Of a stretch of DNA of 64,000 nucleotides, positions 62,989-64,000 are shown in pieces. The stretch is from the NCBI GenBank assembly GCA_030248215.1, contig JASANG010003494.1, forward strand, positions 186,001 to 250,000. Reading direction: 5' to 3'. Under the pieces are notes generated by a model. The model was given only the letters and a program-made list of their open reading frames with translations. It was not told where the DNA came from and searched no databases. Positions within the stretch are counted from its first letter, which is position 1. Each line of letters opens with the position of its first letter. This DNA comes from Enoplolaimus lenunculus (taxonomy: Eukaryota). A program made the position numbers and the translations under genes.

Positions 62989-64000
62989 GTATCATTTTAG
63001 CCGGCGGGGGGCTGGGATATTGGACAAGGATGGATGCGTTCTATTTAAATTTTCGAACCGGAGTTTCGTGTGTTGCATGCTAATACCATGTCTATAACCC
63101 CCTGAACAATAATCATAGGTGGAACGGCGCCTGAAACCCTTTCTGGCTTGAAACCATTTCTGGCTACGTCCTTGTAAAAGGCGTGCGGTCAGTCGTCTGC
63201 CCTGAGACTCAGACCTGTCTGGGGTTTTATTAATACCGGCTTCCTAATCGTTGTTCAGCGTTTTTTAATATTAACAAATCTGATTAATTTTTGTAATGTT
63301 TTCATTTACAATCTACGGATAAGAATGGGTGTAGCTACAGGTTTCGGTTTGCAGGTGGTCATAGCAAACGTATAAGGTTTTCTGATTTGGCCCTGAACCA
63401 ATTGGTTAATTTTCTCGAAAGCGTTGAAGGTGGCCACGGACCACTAGGCTCCCTGCCGGGCCACGCCCTTGAACATAAGCTACTTTGTTTATCAATAAGG
63501 TCTCCTGCAGCCATTCAGGCACGTAGCCAAGGGTGGGCTATAGGGACCCAGCATTCCCTGCCACAATTTCACCCCCTTGAAACTTTTCAACGTTGCCTTG
63601 AGTCAGCGAATACTCTTGTATTCCCCTCATAAAATACTTTAACCCCAAACAAGGAGAGCTGGCTACTGGCTTCTGGCAATTAAGCATAAATTTTAAATTC
63701 AAATTTTAATTAACTATGCACCAGGGTCGCATCTGAGTTGAAAGGACAAGAACTGTAGTAGCAGATTACCTTACTTGCTCATATAATAGCCAAATGTTTG
63801 TGCCGCTTGGTATTTGATTTGAAAGATAGGCTAAAGAATACGTCTGGATTACCTTCTTGCAATGAATGAGACCAACGAAATTTGAGGCAAATGCCTCAAC
63901 TGCCGTTCTGCTGAGTTCACGACAATATTTAAAATGGAAAAACTTACAATTACAGGCTTTAACAGAGAAATTTTCAATTACTGGGTGTTTAATTGAAAAA

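Overview
AT-rich eukaryotic DNA, very probably from a nematode: TTAGGC telomere-type repeats are scattered throughout and most 3' splice sites are TTTCAG or TTTTAG. One spliced gene is supported. It is a + strand MEGF6-like secreted protein (signal peptide, EMI domain, 8 EGF/cbEGF modules). Eleven exons from 31690 to 62988 splice in frame to about 530 codons, and the gene runs off the window. The rest is dense with non-autonomous DNA transposons (hAT-, Merlin-, CMC-, Harbinger-, TcMar- and P-like MITEs, several with intact TSDs), Helitron 5' ends, non-LTR 3' tails and minisatellites. The most striking item is a miniature LTR retroelement whose TG..CA LTRs each carry a tRNA-Pro-like Pol III unit. 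It appears as a 3-LTR tandem array (6959-7901, TSD GTTAG) and as a solo LTR (52543-52776, TSD ATTGT). Its PBS is complementary to the predicted 3' end of the tRNA-like RNA in its own LTR. Also notable: a 45-aa loop with a furin-type site inside EGF1, a splice acceptor built from a 42-bp minisatellite, and a deleted LTR element with an Arg-rich orphan ORF and a covarying hairpin array. All calls were made by eye, with no database searches.
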